Below the pieces are notes generated by a model. It saw nothing but the letters and a program-made list of their open reading frames with translations. It made no database searches and was not told the DNA's origin. DNA of 24,595 nt from Eubacteriales bacterium (lineage in GTDB: Bacteria > Bacillota > Clostridia > Oscillospirales > CAG-272). This document shows, in pieces, positions 1 to 8,634 of the stretch. Positions within the stretch are counted from its first letter, which is position 1. Each line of letters opens with the position of its first letter. The translations under genes and the position numbers were made by a program. Location: contig JAZORW010000226.1 in NCBI GenBank assembly GCA_045656805.1, positions 1 through 24,595 of the forward strand, read 5' to 3'.

Positions 1-328
1 CGACAGCCTTGAAGGTGATGCCGTTATCGTCAATGGTAACAACGTCTACCTCGGGCTTCGCAACTACCTCGATACCTGCCTCTGCAACAGCAGCCTCGTA
101 GGCCTCGGGCAGAATGGCGTCAATGGCATCGTTGTAGAAAATGCCGGTGCCGTAAACACGCTCGATCATGTGCTTAGGTGCCTTACCGGGTCTGAAGCCG
201 GGTACCTTGTACTTACTGGCGTTCTTCTTGTATGCTGCATTGTTAGCGGCATCAAAAGTGGTTTTGTCGACAGTGAATTCCAGCGTATACTCGTTGGTGC
301 CTGTCATTTCCTTCTTGGAAAGGCTCAT
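1..328 (-). CDS. tig: Trigger factor, N-terminal part (runs off the left edge; absent from the ORF track)
   Basis: Manual translation from ATG at 328 gives MSLSKKEMTGTNEYTLEFTVDKTTFDAANNAAYKKNASKYKVPGFRPGKAPKHMIERVYG..., which contains the trigger factor ribosome-binding motif GFRxGKxP. A GGAGG RBS lies just upstream. Confidence 0.96.
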   Translation of the reverse strand, partial: MSLSKKEMTGTNEYTLEFTVDKTTFDAANNAAYKKNASKYKVPGFRPGKAPKHMIERVYGTGIFYNDAIDAILPEAYEAAVAEAGIEVVAKPEVDVVTIDDNGITFKAV

Positions 329-384
329 GGGTTTGTACCTCCGAAAGTTTATCTTTCTATTTTATATTTTATTAATACCGATAT

Positions 385-413
385 ATTGTACTTGAAAAAG
401 GGATATAAGTCAA
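385..413 (-). promoter_or_regulatory. sigmaA-type promoter for tig
   Basis: Minus strand reads TTGACT (413-408), 17 bp spacer, TACAAT (390-385). Confidence 0.8.
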
Positions 414-456
414 GTAGTTTCACCGAATTGCTGTATTTTTGGTAGTGCAGAATTTC

Positions 457-1173
457 TTACAGGGGAATATGCTGGGGGGTAAAGGAGAGGGCATCTGCCG
501 CCACTAGGGTGTAGGTCACACCGTTTCGGGTAGCGGATACCTTATGGGAGCCGTGAATATGGCCGAAATAACACCTCTTAACCCCTGCCTCCTCTAACTT
601 AGATGTGAACGCCTCGCAGGCAACGCCGCCCCATAGGGGAGGGAAGTGAAAGAAGGCGATTGCCTCCTTGTCAGGGTGCTGGCCTTGTAGCTTTTTCAGT
701 GCTGTCAGGCTCAGGTCCAGCCGTATGGACTCTCTGGCAATCAGGCGGGGAATATCCCCCTCTCCTGCCTCGCCCTCTTCACCGTAAAACCAGCCACGGG
801 TGCCGAAGATCAGATAGTCCTCTGCCACCATAGCGCTGTTGTGTAGGAAGGTGAGGGTATCCAGCCCCTCTTTTTCACACAGGGCATTCATTTTTTTCAG
901 GCTGTTCCACCAGAAATCGTGGTTGCCCTTCATGAGTATCTTTTTTCCGGGCAGGGCGTTTAGGAAACGCAGATCCTCCAGTGCCTCCTCTAGGGTCAGT
1001 GCCCAGGAGATATCTCCTGCCACCACCACCGTGTCGAGGGGGGATACCAACCGACACCAGTTTTGCCTGAGACGCTCTACGTAATCCTTCCAGCGGGGGC
1101 CAAAGACCTCCATGGATTTTTGCGTGCTCTCAGCGGTGGACAGATGCAGGTCTGCAATGACAAATACTGCCAT
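457..1173 (-). CDS. Calcineurin-like metallophosphoesterase
   Basis: Motifs DLH, GD, GNHD and GHIH occur in the expected order. It sits upstream of tig, a common Firmicutes arrangement. Confidence 0.9.
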   Translation of the reverse strand: MAVFVIADLHLSTAESTQKSMEVFGPRWKDYVERLRQNWCRLVSPLDTVVVAGDISWALTLEEALEDLRFLNALPGKKILMKGNHDFWWNSLKKMNALCEKEGLDTLTFLHNSAMVAEDYLIFGTRGWFYGEEGEAGEGDIPRLIARESIRLDLSLTALKKLQGQHPDKEAIAFFHFPPLWGGVACEAFTSKLEEAGVKRCYFGHIHGSHKVSATRNGVTYTLVAADALSFTPQHIPL

Positions 1174-1222
1174 ACTCTCTCCGTCTATGTTTGATATGGG
1201 AAAAACAACGCATACTATAGGG

Positions 1223-1236
1223 GACGGTTAACCGTC
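1223..1236. repeat. Perfect 14-bp palindrome GACGGTTAACCGTC in a divergent intergenic region (possible operator)
   Basis: The palindrome is read directly from the sequence; its function is inferred. Confidence 0.6.
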
Positions 1237-1258
1237 AATACGTTTTTGGAGGTATTCT

Positions 1259-1444
1259 ATGAACACCGAGAAAAGCTCTTGCTGTGCAAAGCATATTCAG
1301 GGGATCGTGTGCAGTGTAGAAAACTGCGTATACCACGATTGCCAGAACTACTGTACTGCAAAGGAGATCGCAGTAGGCCCCGCTAAGGCTGAAACCTCAG
1401 CGGAAACCCTGTGCGTGACCTTCCGTCCTAAGACAGAGGCATAA
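1259..1444 (+). CDS. Small Cys-rich DUF1540-like protein
   Basis: Pattern CxVxNCxYH...CxAxxIxV...TxCxTF, with a GGAGG RBS upstream. Confidence 0.8.
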   Translation: MNTEKSSCCAKHIQGIVCSVENCVYHDCQNYCTAKEIAVGPAKAETSAETLCVTFRPKTEA

Positions 1445-1450
1445 AGGCGT

Positions 1451-2935
1451 TTACGCCTTGGCAAATGCCAGCACCTCGTCCTTCATGGCTTCGGGCTCAC
1501 CCACGCCGTCAAAGCGAATGGTACGCTCACCAATGCCACACAGGGGGGCAGGAATGGCAACGCCCGTCTTTGCGTTGAGTTGCTCCAACGCCCGCAGCTC
1601 ATCCTCGGCACACTCACCTGCGATGCTGCGGTATACATCAAATGCGAATTTATAGGGGGAGGCAGTGGACGCCAGAAGCACCTTTTTGTCCTTGCCATAC
1701 TGTGCCTGATACTGTCTGACAGCACCTACACCCACGGCGGTGTGGGTGTCACACAGGTAGCCACATTTCTCGTAGGTTTCCTTTAGAATCTTGGCACACT
1801 GATCTTCGTTTGTGCAGTAGCCAACGAAATTCTCACGGATGCTGGATAGCTCTCCCTCTGTGATGGCGTATCTGCCGGTCTGGGACAGTTCTTTCATATA
1901 GCCGGCGGTCTTTTCAGCACCGCAGGTCAGGTAGAGCAGTCTCTCCAGGTTAGAGGAGATCAGAATATCCATAGAGGGGGACATGGTGGTGTGGAAGGCA
2001 CGGTTTCTGTCATACACACCGGTCTCTAGGAAGTCGGTCAGAATATTATTGGTATTGGAGGCGCAGATCAGGCGGCGGAGGGGCAGACCCATGCACTTGG
2101 CAATATAGGCGGCAAAAATGTTACCGAAGTTGCCGGTAGGCACGCAGACGTCAATCTCCTCACCCAGGGTAATGGTGCCAGCCTTTACCATATCGCAGTA
2201 TGCAGATACGTAGTATACGATCTGGGGTGCCAGACGTCCCCAGTTAATAGAGTTGGCACTGGAGAGGAAGAAGCCCTCCTTATTCAGCTCTTCCGCCATT
2301 TCCTTATCACCGAAGATACGCTTTACACCGTTTTGCGCATCGTCGAAATTACCACGGATGGCACGTACGCACACGTTGTCACCCGTCTGGGTCATCATCT
2401 GCAGCTTCTGCACACGGGAAACACCGTCCACAGGATAGAATACCTGAATGCGGATGCCGTCAATATCCTTATAGCCCTCAAGAGCTGCCTTGCCCGTGTC
2501 ACCGGAGGTGGCAACCAGGATCAGGGCAGTTCTCTCTTCCCCGGTCTTGGTCAAGGCACGGGAGAGTAGACGGGGCATGATCTGTAGTGCCATATCCTTA
2601 AAGGCAGAGGTGGGACCGTGCCACAGCTCCAGAGAATACAGGCTGTCGTCCACCTTATGCAGAGGTGCGGCACCGCCGGGGAATTTCTCCTCACTGTATG
2701 CGGCACTGCAGTCGGTGAGCAGCTCTTCGGAGGTATAGTCGGTCAAGAACAGCCCCAGAATGTAGGCGGCTCTTGCGGCATAGCTCTTGTCCAGCAGTCC
2801 CTGTAGCTCTGCCGGGGACAGTGAGGGCAGCCGGGTGGGCATATACAGTCCACCGTCGGGTGCCAGTCCGCGCTTGATAGCTTCTGCTGCGGATACGTGA
2901 TCGGCTTGGATGCGTCTTGTGCTTGTGTAGTTCAT
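1451..2935 (-). CDS. thrC: Threonine synthase
   Basis: GLAPDGGLY; ELWHGPTSAFKDMAL (PLP lysine); ATSGDTG; SSANSINWGRL; VPTGNFGN; SPSMDILISSNLERL. Confidence 0.97.
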   Translation of the reverse strand: MNYTSTRRIQADHVSAAEAIKRGLAPDGGLYMPTRLPSLSPAELQGLLDKSYAARAAYILGLFLTDYTSEELLTDCSAAYSEEKFPGGAAPLHKVDDSLYSLELWHGPTSAFKDMALQIMPRLLSRALTKTGEERTALILVATSGDTGKAALEGYKDIDGIRIQVFYPVDGVSRVQKLQMMTQTGDNVCVRAIRGNFDDAQNGVKRIFGDKEMAEELNKEGFFLSSANSINWGRLAPQIVYYVSAYCDMVKAGTITLGEEIDVCVPTGNFGNIFAAYIAKCMGLPLRRLICASNTNNILTDFLETGVYDRNRAFHTTMSPSMDILISSNLERLLYLTCGAEKTAGYMKELSQTGRYAITEGELSSIRENFVGYCTNEDQCAKILKETYEKCGYLCDTHTAVGVGAVRQYQAQYGKDKKVLLASTASPYKFAFDVYRSIAGECAEDELRALEQLNAKTGVAIPAPLCGIGERTIRFDGVGEPEAMKDEVLAFAKA

Positions 2936-2976
2936 GGTGTGTTCCTTATCCTATGAAATATCTATTGCTTTGCACT

Positions 2977-3840
2977 CTAAAAGAGTGCATTTAGTAATCT
3001 GCTTGGATTGCTCCAGTACAGACCCTCTGTCAGGGCTGTGCCAAAGTGGGAGCAAAGGCGGGAAAAGAGGGGAGAAAGGTCAGACACCCCGTTTGGGAAA
3101 TCTGCGGGCAGGGTATCCGTGCCATCGTAGTCGGTGCCCAGGCACAGGCTGCTTTGTATCCCCAGCCCTAGGGCGTGGTCAATATGGGAGAGGAGTGCGT
3201 CGTAGCCACCGCCCAGATGGGAGGGAACGAAGGAGAGCCCTACGAGGCTTTCTCGCCTTGCCAGCTCCTTTGCGTGGTGATCCGGCAGGTTCCTGGGGTG
3301 TGGGCAAACACTATAAAAGCAAGAGTGAGTGGCTAAAACCCTATCCTGTGATAAGGATAGAATATCCTCACAGGAGGCGGGGCTGGCGTGGGATAGGTCC
3401 AGAAAATATCCCATTTCCAGTGCCAGGGCGAGAAGCTCTTTTCCTCGGGGCGTCAGCCCCTTTTTTGTGTCGTAGGCACCGCCAATTCCGTTCTCCCCCT
3501 GCCACATGGGGGTGAGAATTCGCACTCCACGGTCATAGAGGAATTTCAGGCGATGTTGGGTGTGATTTAGTAAGGGGCGTGCATCCTCAAGGGAGAAGAT
3601 GACACGGGTGTTTTTGGGTAGGGTAGCCGTCTGCCCCAGGGCATGCAGCAGCATACCGCAAATATCCTCCCAGCCATCTTCGTTTGATAGCCTCTTATCG
3701 CACCAAAGGGCGAAGATCAGGCGGGTGCTTTCATAAGAAAGCAAAGGTGGGGTGGATAGGTGCAGACGGGGGTCGGAGAGGGACAGTCCCTCTCGCCAGG
3801 TGCGGTAGGGGGTATCTGCGTGTAAAAGAAATAACTTCAT
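2977..3840 (-). CDS. Membrane dipeptidase family (peptidase M19, amidohydrolase fold)
   Basis: N-terminal HxD (HADT), LED, DLSH, THS, HPRNL and GTDYDG motifs. Confidence 0.85.
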   Translation of the reverse strand: MKLFLLHADTPYRTWREGLSLSDPRLHLSTPPLLSYESTRLIFALWCDKRLSNEDGWEDICGMLLHALGQTATLPKNTRVIFSLEDARPLLNHTQHRLKFLYDRGVRILTPMWQGENGIGGAYDTKKGLTPRGKELLALALEMGYFLDLSHASPASCEDILSLSQDRVLATHSCFYSVCPHPRNLPDHHAKELARRESLVGLSFVPSHLGGGYDALLSHIDHALGLGIQSSLCLGTDYDGTDTLPADFPNGVSDLSPLFSRLCSHFGTALTEGLYWSNPSRLLNALF

Positions 3841-3870
3841 AAATCCTCCCTGAAAAAGCTTCAGGAAAGT

Positions 3871-4251
3871 TTATGTACGAAAGGCGTCCTTCATGTGGTG
3901 GATATGGAGGATACGGGGCGGGTCATCCTTTGAGAGATATACCTCGATAATATCCATGCGGCTATCCTTTTTGGTAGGATGCTGTCCATTAAATTGCCTG
4001 GCGGCGGATAACAGATGCCGTCGCTTCAAGGGGGTCACTGCCATGGCAGGGGAGCCGTATTTTTCTATCTGTGTGGGGGTGGAGCTTCTTGCCTTTACCT
4101 CTATAAAGGCACGGATAGAGCCCTTTTCCGCCACGATATCCAACTCTTCATGTCCTTCTAGGACGTTGGAGGACAGAAGGGTATAGCCGTTTTCCTTCAG
4201 ATACTGTCTGGCGGCTTCCTCACCCAGACGCCCTATGTCACGGGTGTTCAC
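3871..4251 (-). CDS. yraN: YraN/UPF0102 family protein
   Basis: GxxGEExA...ELDIVA...FIEVKAR...RMDII. The GTG start overlaps the rnhB stop. Confidence 0.92.
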   Translation of the reverse strand: MNTRDIGRLGEEAARQYLKENGYTLLSSNVLEGHEELDIVAEKGSIRAFIEVKARSSTPTQIEKYGSPAMAVTPLKRRHLLSAARQFNGQHPTKKDSRMDIIEVYLSKDDPPRILHIHHMKDAFRT

Positions 4252-4847
4252 TCTTCCTCCAAAAATTTCAGAAAGGATTTTCTGTGAATAGGGGTGGGAC
4301 CCAGACGCCTTAGGGCGTCCATATGCTCTTTAGTGCCGTAACCCTTATGCTTATCAAATCCGTATTCAGGGTAGGCACTGTGATCTGCCATGCATAGGCG
4401 GTCACGGGTTACCTTCGCCAAAATGCTGGCGGCAGAGATAGAGCAGGAGAGGGCATCACCCTTTACCACCGAGGCGGCGGGGATGGGCAGATTTCTGGTG
4501 CAATTTCCGTCCACCAGGGCAAAGTCTGGCTGAGTTTTTAGGCTGAGAATGGCACGCTTCATAGCCAGCATGGTGGCGTTTAGAATATTCAGGCTGTCGA
4601 TTTCTTCAGGGGTGGCTTGACCAATGCCGTAGTCCACCGCCTTCTCACGAATGACGTCAAAGAGCTCCTCTCGCTTCTTGGCGGATAGCTTTTTAGAGTC
4701 GTTGAGGGCGGGGATATCGATATCTGGGGAAAGGATACAGGCGGCGGCAACCACGGGACCGGACAGGGGGCCTCTGCCCGCCTCGTCTACCCCGCAGACT
4801 ACCATTCCCTTTTCCCACAGCACACTTTCGTAGGAATAATCAGGCAT
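4248..4847 (-). CDS. rnhB: Ribonuclease HII
   Basis: [25 protein letters not shown]...[24 protein letters not shown]. Confidence 0.97.
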   Translation of the reverse strand: MPDYSYESVLWEKGMVVCGVDEAGRGPLSGPVVAAACILSPDIDIPALNDSKKLSAKKREELFDVIREKAVDYGIGQATPEEIDSLNILNATMLAMKRAILSLKTQPDFALVDGNCTRNLPIPAASVVKGDALSCSISAASILAKVTRDRLCMADHSAYPEYGFDKHKGYGTKEHMDALRRLGPTPIHRKSFLKFLEEE

Positions 4848-5718
4848 GGTTACCTCCTGTTGGCTTTTCTAGGGAAATGCGTCCGATTTTCGCCCCACGG
4901 AATTCGTCCAGGAGCATTTCTGCCGTGCGGCGCATATTTACCTCTCCACCGCTGATGAGAAATCCTCTTTTACGGCCCACAGCCTCCAGAAGATCGTAGC
5001 CGTCCAGGTCTTGTACCTCGTCAGGCACCAGCTTATAGCGGGTGGTAAATAGGACAGGGGATACCTGCATCAGTCTGACGCACAGGATCATGGCGATCTC
5101 CTCTACGTCTAAGATCCTATCACGGATAGCCCCGGTAATCGCCAGGTTTTCGCCCACCAGGGCATCGTCAAACTTCGGCCAAAGAACGCCGGGCATATCC
5201 AGAAGCGAGAGACCAATGTCAGTGGAGACCCACTGGCGGTTTACCGTTACACCGGGTCTGTCCTCCACCTTGGCATGCTTGCCGCCGGCCAGGCGGTTGA
5301 TCAGCGAGGATTTTCCCACGTTGGGAATTCCTACGATCATGGCCTTCAGCCGTCTGCCCTCCATGCCCTTTTCGCGGTAGCGTGCCAGCTTTTCTGCCAG
5401 CTGCTCTTCCACTGCGGCACGCAGGTCGGCAATGCCGTCTCCCGTCACACTGTCAAGTATAACACAGCAGCCGCCCTTCTTGCGGTAATAGTCACGCCAT
5501 GCAGCAGATACGTTGGGGTCGGCAAGAGTGGCTTTATTTAGAACGGTTACAGTAGGCTTATTGCCCAAAAGACGCTTGATCTCAGGGTTTTTAGAGCTGT
5601 GGGGAATACGGGCATCCAGCAGCTCCAGCACGATATCCACGTCCCCCAGGGATTCGGTAATCATGCGCCTGGTTTTGGCCATGTGGCCGGGGAACCATTG
5701 AATAGGATTTGCTTGCAT
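4840..5718 (-). CDS. ylqF: Ribosome biogenesis GTPase RbgA/YlqF
   Basis: [15 protein letters not shown], NKAx[17 protein letters not shown] (circularly permuted GTPase). Confidence 0.97.
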   Translation of the reverse strand: MQANPIQWFPGHMAKTRRMITESLGDVDIVLELLDARIPHSSKNPEIKRLLGNKPTVTVLNKATLADPNVSAAWRDYYRKKGGCCVILDSVTGDGIADLRAAVEEQLAEKLARYREKGMEGRRLKAMIVGIPNVGKSSLINRLAGGKHAKVEDRPGVTVNRQWVSTDIGLSLLDMPGVLWPKFDDALVGENLAITGAIRDRILDVEEIAMILCVRLMQVSPVLFTTRYKLVPDEVQDLDGYDLLEAVGRKRGFLISGGEVNMRRTAEMLLDEFRGAKIGRISLEKPTGGNHA

Positions 5719-6362
5719 TATTTAACACCTCCAAATCCGTTAAGGGGCAGGAAACGGAATAGCACACGCCCCAGAATGCAGTCTGTGGAGATAGGTCCGA
5801 ACATGCGGCTGTCAGTGGAATTGAAGCGGTTATCGCCCAGGACGAAGACCTCCCCCTCTCCCACATGATACAGATAATAGGCGTCTGCCCCCTCACCAAT
5901 GGGGGTCATGCCGAACAGCTTTCCGTAGGAAATATAATCCTTCACTCCGGCGGGAGAGCCGCCCAGAAATGCGTATTCCTCCGTCAGGGCTACACCGTCT
6001 ACGGTGATACGGTCCGCATAGATGCGTACGGTCTGCCCCTCTGTGGCGATGACACGCTTGATCAGGGGCTCGTTTAGCCCTGTTTCCTCATAGCTTTCAA
6101 AGACTACGATATCCCCGGCCTTGGGGGTATAAAACAGGTCGGAAATAATCAGATGTTCACTGTCAGAGAGGGTGCCAAGCATAGAATCCCCGTCCACCAC
6201 TGCATGGCGGAAGAGAAACAGTGTAGCCAGTAGGATCAGGACGGCAGTGACCAGAAACAGCTCTACGTATTCAAAAATCGTTACTACGGCAGAGCGTAGG
6301 TCCCCCTTTTGCTGTGGGGCATTCTTTGGCTGTTCGTCTTTGGGATACAGGATCGCAGGCAT
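5718..6362 (-). CDS. lepB: Signal peptidase I
   Basis: N-terminal TM helix, GDSM (catalytic Ser), IKRVIA (catalytic Lys), FVLGDNRxNSxDSR. Confidence 0.95.
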   Translation of the reverse strand: MPAILYPKDEQPKNAPQQKGDLRSAVVTIFEYVELFLVTAVLILLATLFLFRHAVVDGDSMLGTLSDSEHLIISDLFYTPKAGDIVVFESYEETGLNEPLIKRVIATEGQTVRIYADRITVDGVALTEEYAFLGGSPAGVKDYISYGKLFGMTPIGEGADAYYLYHVGEGEVFVLGDNRFNSTDSRMFGPISTDCILGRVLFRFLPLNGFGGVK

Positions 6363-6398
6363 AGGGCATCCTTTCTAAAGAGTAGAATTTTTTGAGAT

Positions 6399-7607
6399 TT
6401 ATGCTTTGGCTAGCACCATGCCCATCAGGGCAGTGCCGTCGGGCAGGTAGGGACCTGCCAGCACGGTTTTTTCGGTCAGGGTGGAAACGCCCTCCCTCTT
6501 GCACGTGCTGTCGTAGAGCATGAAGGGCACTGGCTCTTCACTGTGGGTGCGGATCTCGATGGGGGTGGGGTGGTCAGGCAGGGTCAGGATGCGATATGCC
6601 TCCCCCGTGGCGTCCAGATATTCCTTCAGGGGCTTCAGAATCAGGGCGTCGATCTTTTCAATGGACTCTACCTTACCCGTGGCATCTCCCTGATGTCCGC
6701 ATTCGTCGGGTGCCTCTACGTGAACGTATACCAGATCCTGTCCACGGCGGAAGGCGTCGATGGCGGCATCTGCCTTCCCCTTGTAGTTGGTGTGTAGGTT
6801 GCCGGTGGCACCCTCCACGTCCACCGACTCCATGCCTGCACACAGGGCAATGCCCTTGATCAGGTCTACGGCAGAGATCACGGTACCCTTCACGCCCCAT
6901 TTTTCAGAGAAGGAGGGGAGGGCAGGCTTCTTGCCGGGGCTCCAAAGCCAGATGGAATTTGCCACCCGCTTACCTGCCTGGCGGCGTGCCTGGTTTACAG
7001 GGTGGTTATTTAGAATTTCATAGCTTTCCTTCATCAGGTCGAGGAAGGGCTTTCCCTCTTCCCCTGTGGGCAGATACTCTCCGATCTTGCGCCCCAGAAT
7101 ATCGTGGGGGCGGTTGAAAGGGTATGTATCCGAGGAATTTTTCCACAGAATACAGTGGCGATAACTGACGCCTGTATAGAAGTGACGCAGAGAATTGCCC
7201 AGCTTTTCCTCCAGCGTTTCGATCAGCTGGCGTGCCTCTTCGGTTTCGATCTCTCCGGCGGAATGGTCCAGGATGGTCTTTTCTTCATAGGGCTCATCCT
7301 CCGTCAGGGTCACCACGTTACAGCGGTAGGCGGTCTGGTCCCCCTCCATGGTCAGTCCCATGGAAACAGCCTCCAGGGGAGATCTGCCCTTGGAATACAC
7401 TTTGGGGTCGTAGGAGAGGATGGCCAGATTGGCAGTGTCGCTTTCGGGTACCATACCGCTGGGCACGTTGGAAACGGTGCCCACAAGAGAGGTGGCTGCC
7501 AGGGTGTCCATGGTAGGCTTATTGGCTACCTCCATGGGGGTTTTCCCTACAAGGGAGGGACAGGGACGGTCTGCCATGCCGTCGTATACTAGGATCAGAG
7601 ATTTCAT
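6399..7607 (-). CDS. apgM: ApgM-type cofactor-independent phosphoglycerate mutase family (alkaline phosphatase superfamily; proposed homoserine kinase subgroup)
   Basis: YDGMAD, GKTPMEVA, ESDTANL, GRSPLEA, HVEAPDECGH, DHPTP. Start moved from 7634 to ATG 7607 (MKSLILV), which has a GAGGA RBS. Confidence 0.9.
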   Translation of the reverse strand: MKSLILVYDGMADRPCPSLVGKTPMEVANKPTMDTLAATSLVGTVSNVPSGMVPESDTANLAILSYDPKVYSKGRSPLEAVSMGLTMEGDQTAYRCNVVTLTEDEPYEEKTILDHSAGEIETEEARQLIETLEEKLGNSLRHFYTGVSYRHCILWKNSSDTYPFNRPHDILGRKIGEYLPTGEEGKPFLDLMKESYEILNNHPVNQARRQAGKRVANSIWLWSPGKKPALPSFSEKWGVKGTVISAVDLIKGIALCAGMESVDVEGATGNLHTNYKGKADAAIDAFRRGQDLVYVHVEAPDECGHQGDATGKVESIEKIDALILKPLKEYLDATGEAYRILTLPDHPTPIEIRTHSEEPVPFMLYDSTCKREGVSTLTEKTVLAGPYLPDGTALMGMVLAKA

Positions 7608-7640
7608 AGGAGTTCCTCGTGCATATTTACTCAATTATAT

Positions 7641-7668
7641 ATTTTAGCATAAAAAATATAAAATACAA
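7641..7668 (-). promoter_or_regulatory. Possible extended -10 promoter for the apgM run
   Basis: Minus strand reads TTGTAT, 16 bp spacer ending in TGn, TAAAAT. Confidence 0.5.
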
Positions 7669-7712
7669 TGGCAGAGGTATCAAAAAGAATAAGAAGATTT
7701 TTGAAAAAACTA

Positions 7713-7741
7713 TTGCTTTTTGGCAAAACCCAAGTTATAAT
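7713..7741 (+). promoter_or_regulatory. sigmaA-type promoter for rplS
   Basis: TTGCTT (7713-7718), 17 bp spacer, TATAAT (7736-7741). Confidence 0.75.
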
Positions 7742-7773
7742 ATATTGCGTTATGCCATGGCATAGCGAAAGTA

Positions 7774-7808
7774 GAACAGTCCTCTGCTAAAGCTCGGCAT
7801 GAATGTTC
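7774..7808 (+). ncRNA. Probable L19 ribosomal protein leader (cis-regulatory RNA)
   Basis: Outer stem GAACA/TGTTC encloses GTCCTCTGC...GCATGAA, resembling the CCxCUG...CAxGA core I recall from Firmicutes L19 leaders. It lies directly 5' of the rplS RBS. Not checked against a covariance model. Confidence 0.55.
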
Positions 7809-7829
7809 GATATATGAAGGAGGGCCATC

Positions 7830-8171
7830 ATGAACAAGATTGAGGCTTTTGTAAACGAGCAACTCAAGGAGAACGTTCCTGAGTTCAACATCGGTGACAC
7901 CGTACGTGTGTACAACCGAATCAAGGAAGGAAACAAGACCAGAACCCAGATGTATGAGGGTACCGTGATTGCAAAGCACGGTGGCGGGATCTCCGCAACC
8001 TTCACTGTAAGACGCGTATCTTACGGTTGTGGTGTAGAAAAGACCTTCCCCATCCACTCTCCCAATGTAGAGAAGGTAGAAGTGATCCGCCACGGTTCCG
8101 TCCGTCGTGCAAAGCTCTACTATCTGCGTGATAGAGTAGGTAAGGCAGCGAAAGTAAAAGAGAAGATCTGA
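7830..8171 (+). CDS. rplS: 50S ribosomal protein L19
   Basis: GDTVRV...IKEG...R.Q.YEG.VI...TFTVRR.SYG.GVEKTFP.HSP...[10 protein letters not shown]. Confidence 0.99.
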   Translation: MNKIEAFVNEQLKENVPEFNIGDTVRVYNRIKEGNKTRTQMYEGTVIAKHGGGISATFTVRRVSYGCGVEKTFPIHSPNVEKVEVIRHGSVRRAKLYYLRDRVGKAAKVKEKI

Positions 8172-8189
8172 TTTTCGTTGTTCTCAATG

Positions 8190-8218
8190 AAAACAGCCGC
8201 TGCTACAGCGGCTGTTTT
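8190..8218. terminator. Bidirectional intrinsic terminator between rplS and the HIT gene
   Basis: AAAACAGCCGCTG-CTA-CAGCGGCTGTTTT: 13-bp perfect arms between convergent genes. Confidence 0.9.
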
Positions 8219-8230
8219 GCTTTTTAGATT

Positions 8231-8569
8231 TTACGCCATATGCTCGGAGAGCTTCTGCCCGCCCAGGATATGGAAGTGCAGATGCTTTACGCTCTGGCAG
8301 CCGTGGTCGCCGACGTTGGTCACTACACGGTAGCCCTGGTCTAGCCCCTCTGCCTCTGCAATGCGGGGAATCACCTCCAGGATGTGCTTTACACACTGGC
8401 TGTTTTTGGGGCACACACCGTCAAGGGAGGGGATATGCTCCTTGGGTACCACCAGAATGTGGGTGGGTGCCTGGGGCTGAATGTCACGGAAGGCGTAGAC
8501 GCTATCGTCCTCATACACCTTTTGAGAGGGGATCTCTCCCCGAATAATGGCACAGAAAATGCAATCCAT
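8231..8569 (-). CDS. Histidine triad (HIT/HinT-like) nucleotide-binding protein
   Basis: DCIFCAII, AFRDIxPQAPTHILVVPKxH, QSVKHLHFHILGG. Confidence 0.95.
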   Translation of the reverse strand: MDCIFCAIIRGEIPSQKVYEDDSVYAFRDIQPQAPTHILVVPKEHIPSLDGVCPKNSQCVKHILEVIPRIAEAEGLDQGYRVVTNVGDHGCQSVKHLHFHILGGQKLSEHMA

Positions 8570-8593
8570 AGCTAACCTCGCAGTTTTTTCTCT

Positions 8594-8622
8594 ATTATAG
8601 CACAGCCATTTTTAATTTTCAA
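8594..8622 (-). promoter_or_regulatory. sigmaA-type promoter (extended -10) for the HIT gene
   Basis: Minus strand reads TTGAAA (8622-8617), 17 bp spacer ending in TGC, TATAAT (8599-8594). Confidence 0.85.
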
Positions 8623-8634
8623 CGGGAGGCGTAT

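Noticed and set aside
168-445. Two plus-strand ORFs (75 and 91 aa)
   Set aside because: They are antisense shadows of tig, which is clearly encoded on the minus strand.
1212-1238. Minus-strand TTGACG with TATAGT or TAGTAT as a promoter for the metallophosphoesterase
   Set aside because: The spacers would be 13 or 15 bp, outside the normal sigmaA range.
1444-1459. Hairpin AAGGCG-TTTA-CGCCTT at the DUF1540/thrC convergence
   Set aside because: The 6-bp stem overlaps both stop codons and has only a short T-tract; too weak to call a terminator.
2946-2957. 12-mer TTCATAGGATAA shared between the thrC upstream region (minus strand) and 13803-13814
   Set aside because: At thrC it abuts the RBS and has no matching -10; a single 12-bp match in 24.6 kb is plausible by chance.
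2934-3515. 193-aa plus-strand ORF
   Set aside because: It lies antisense to the dipeptidase gene and has no recognisable motifs.
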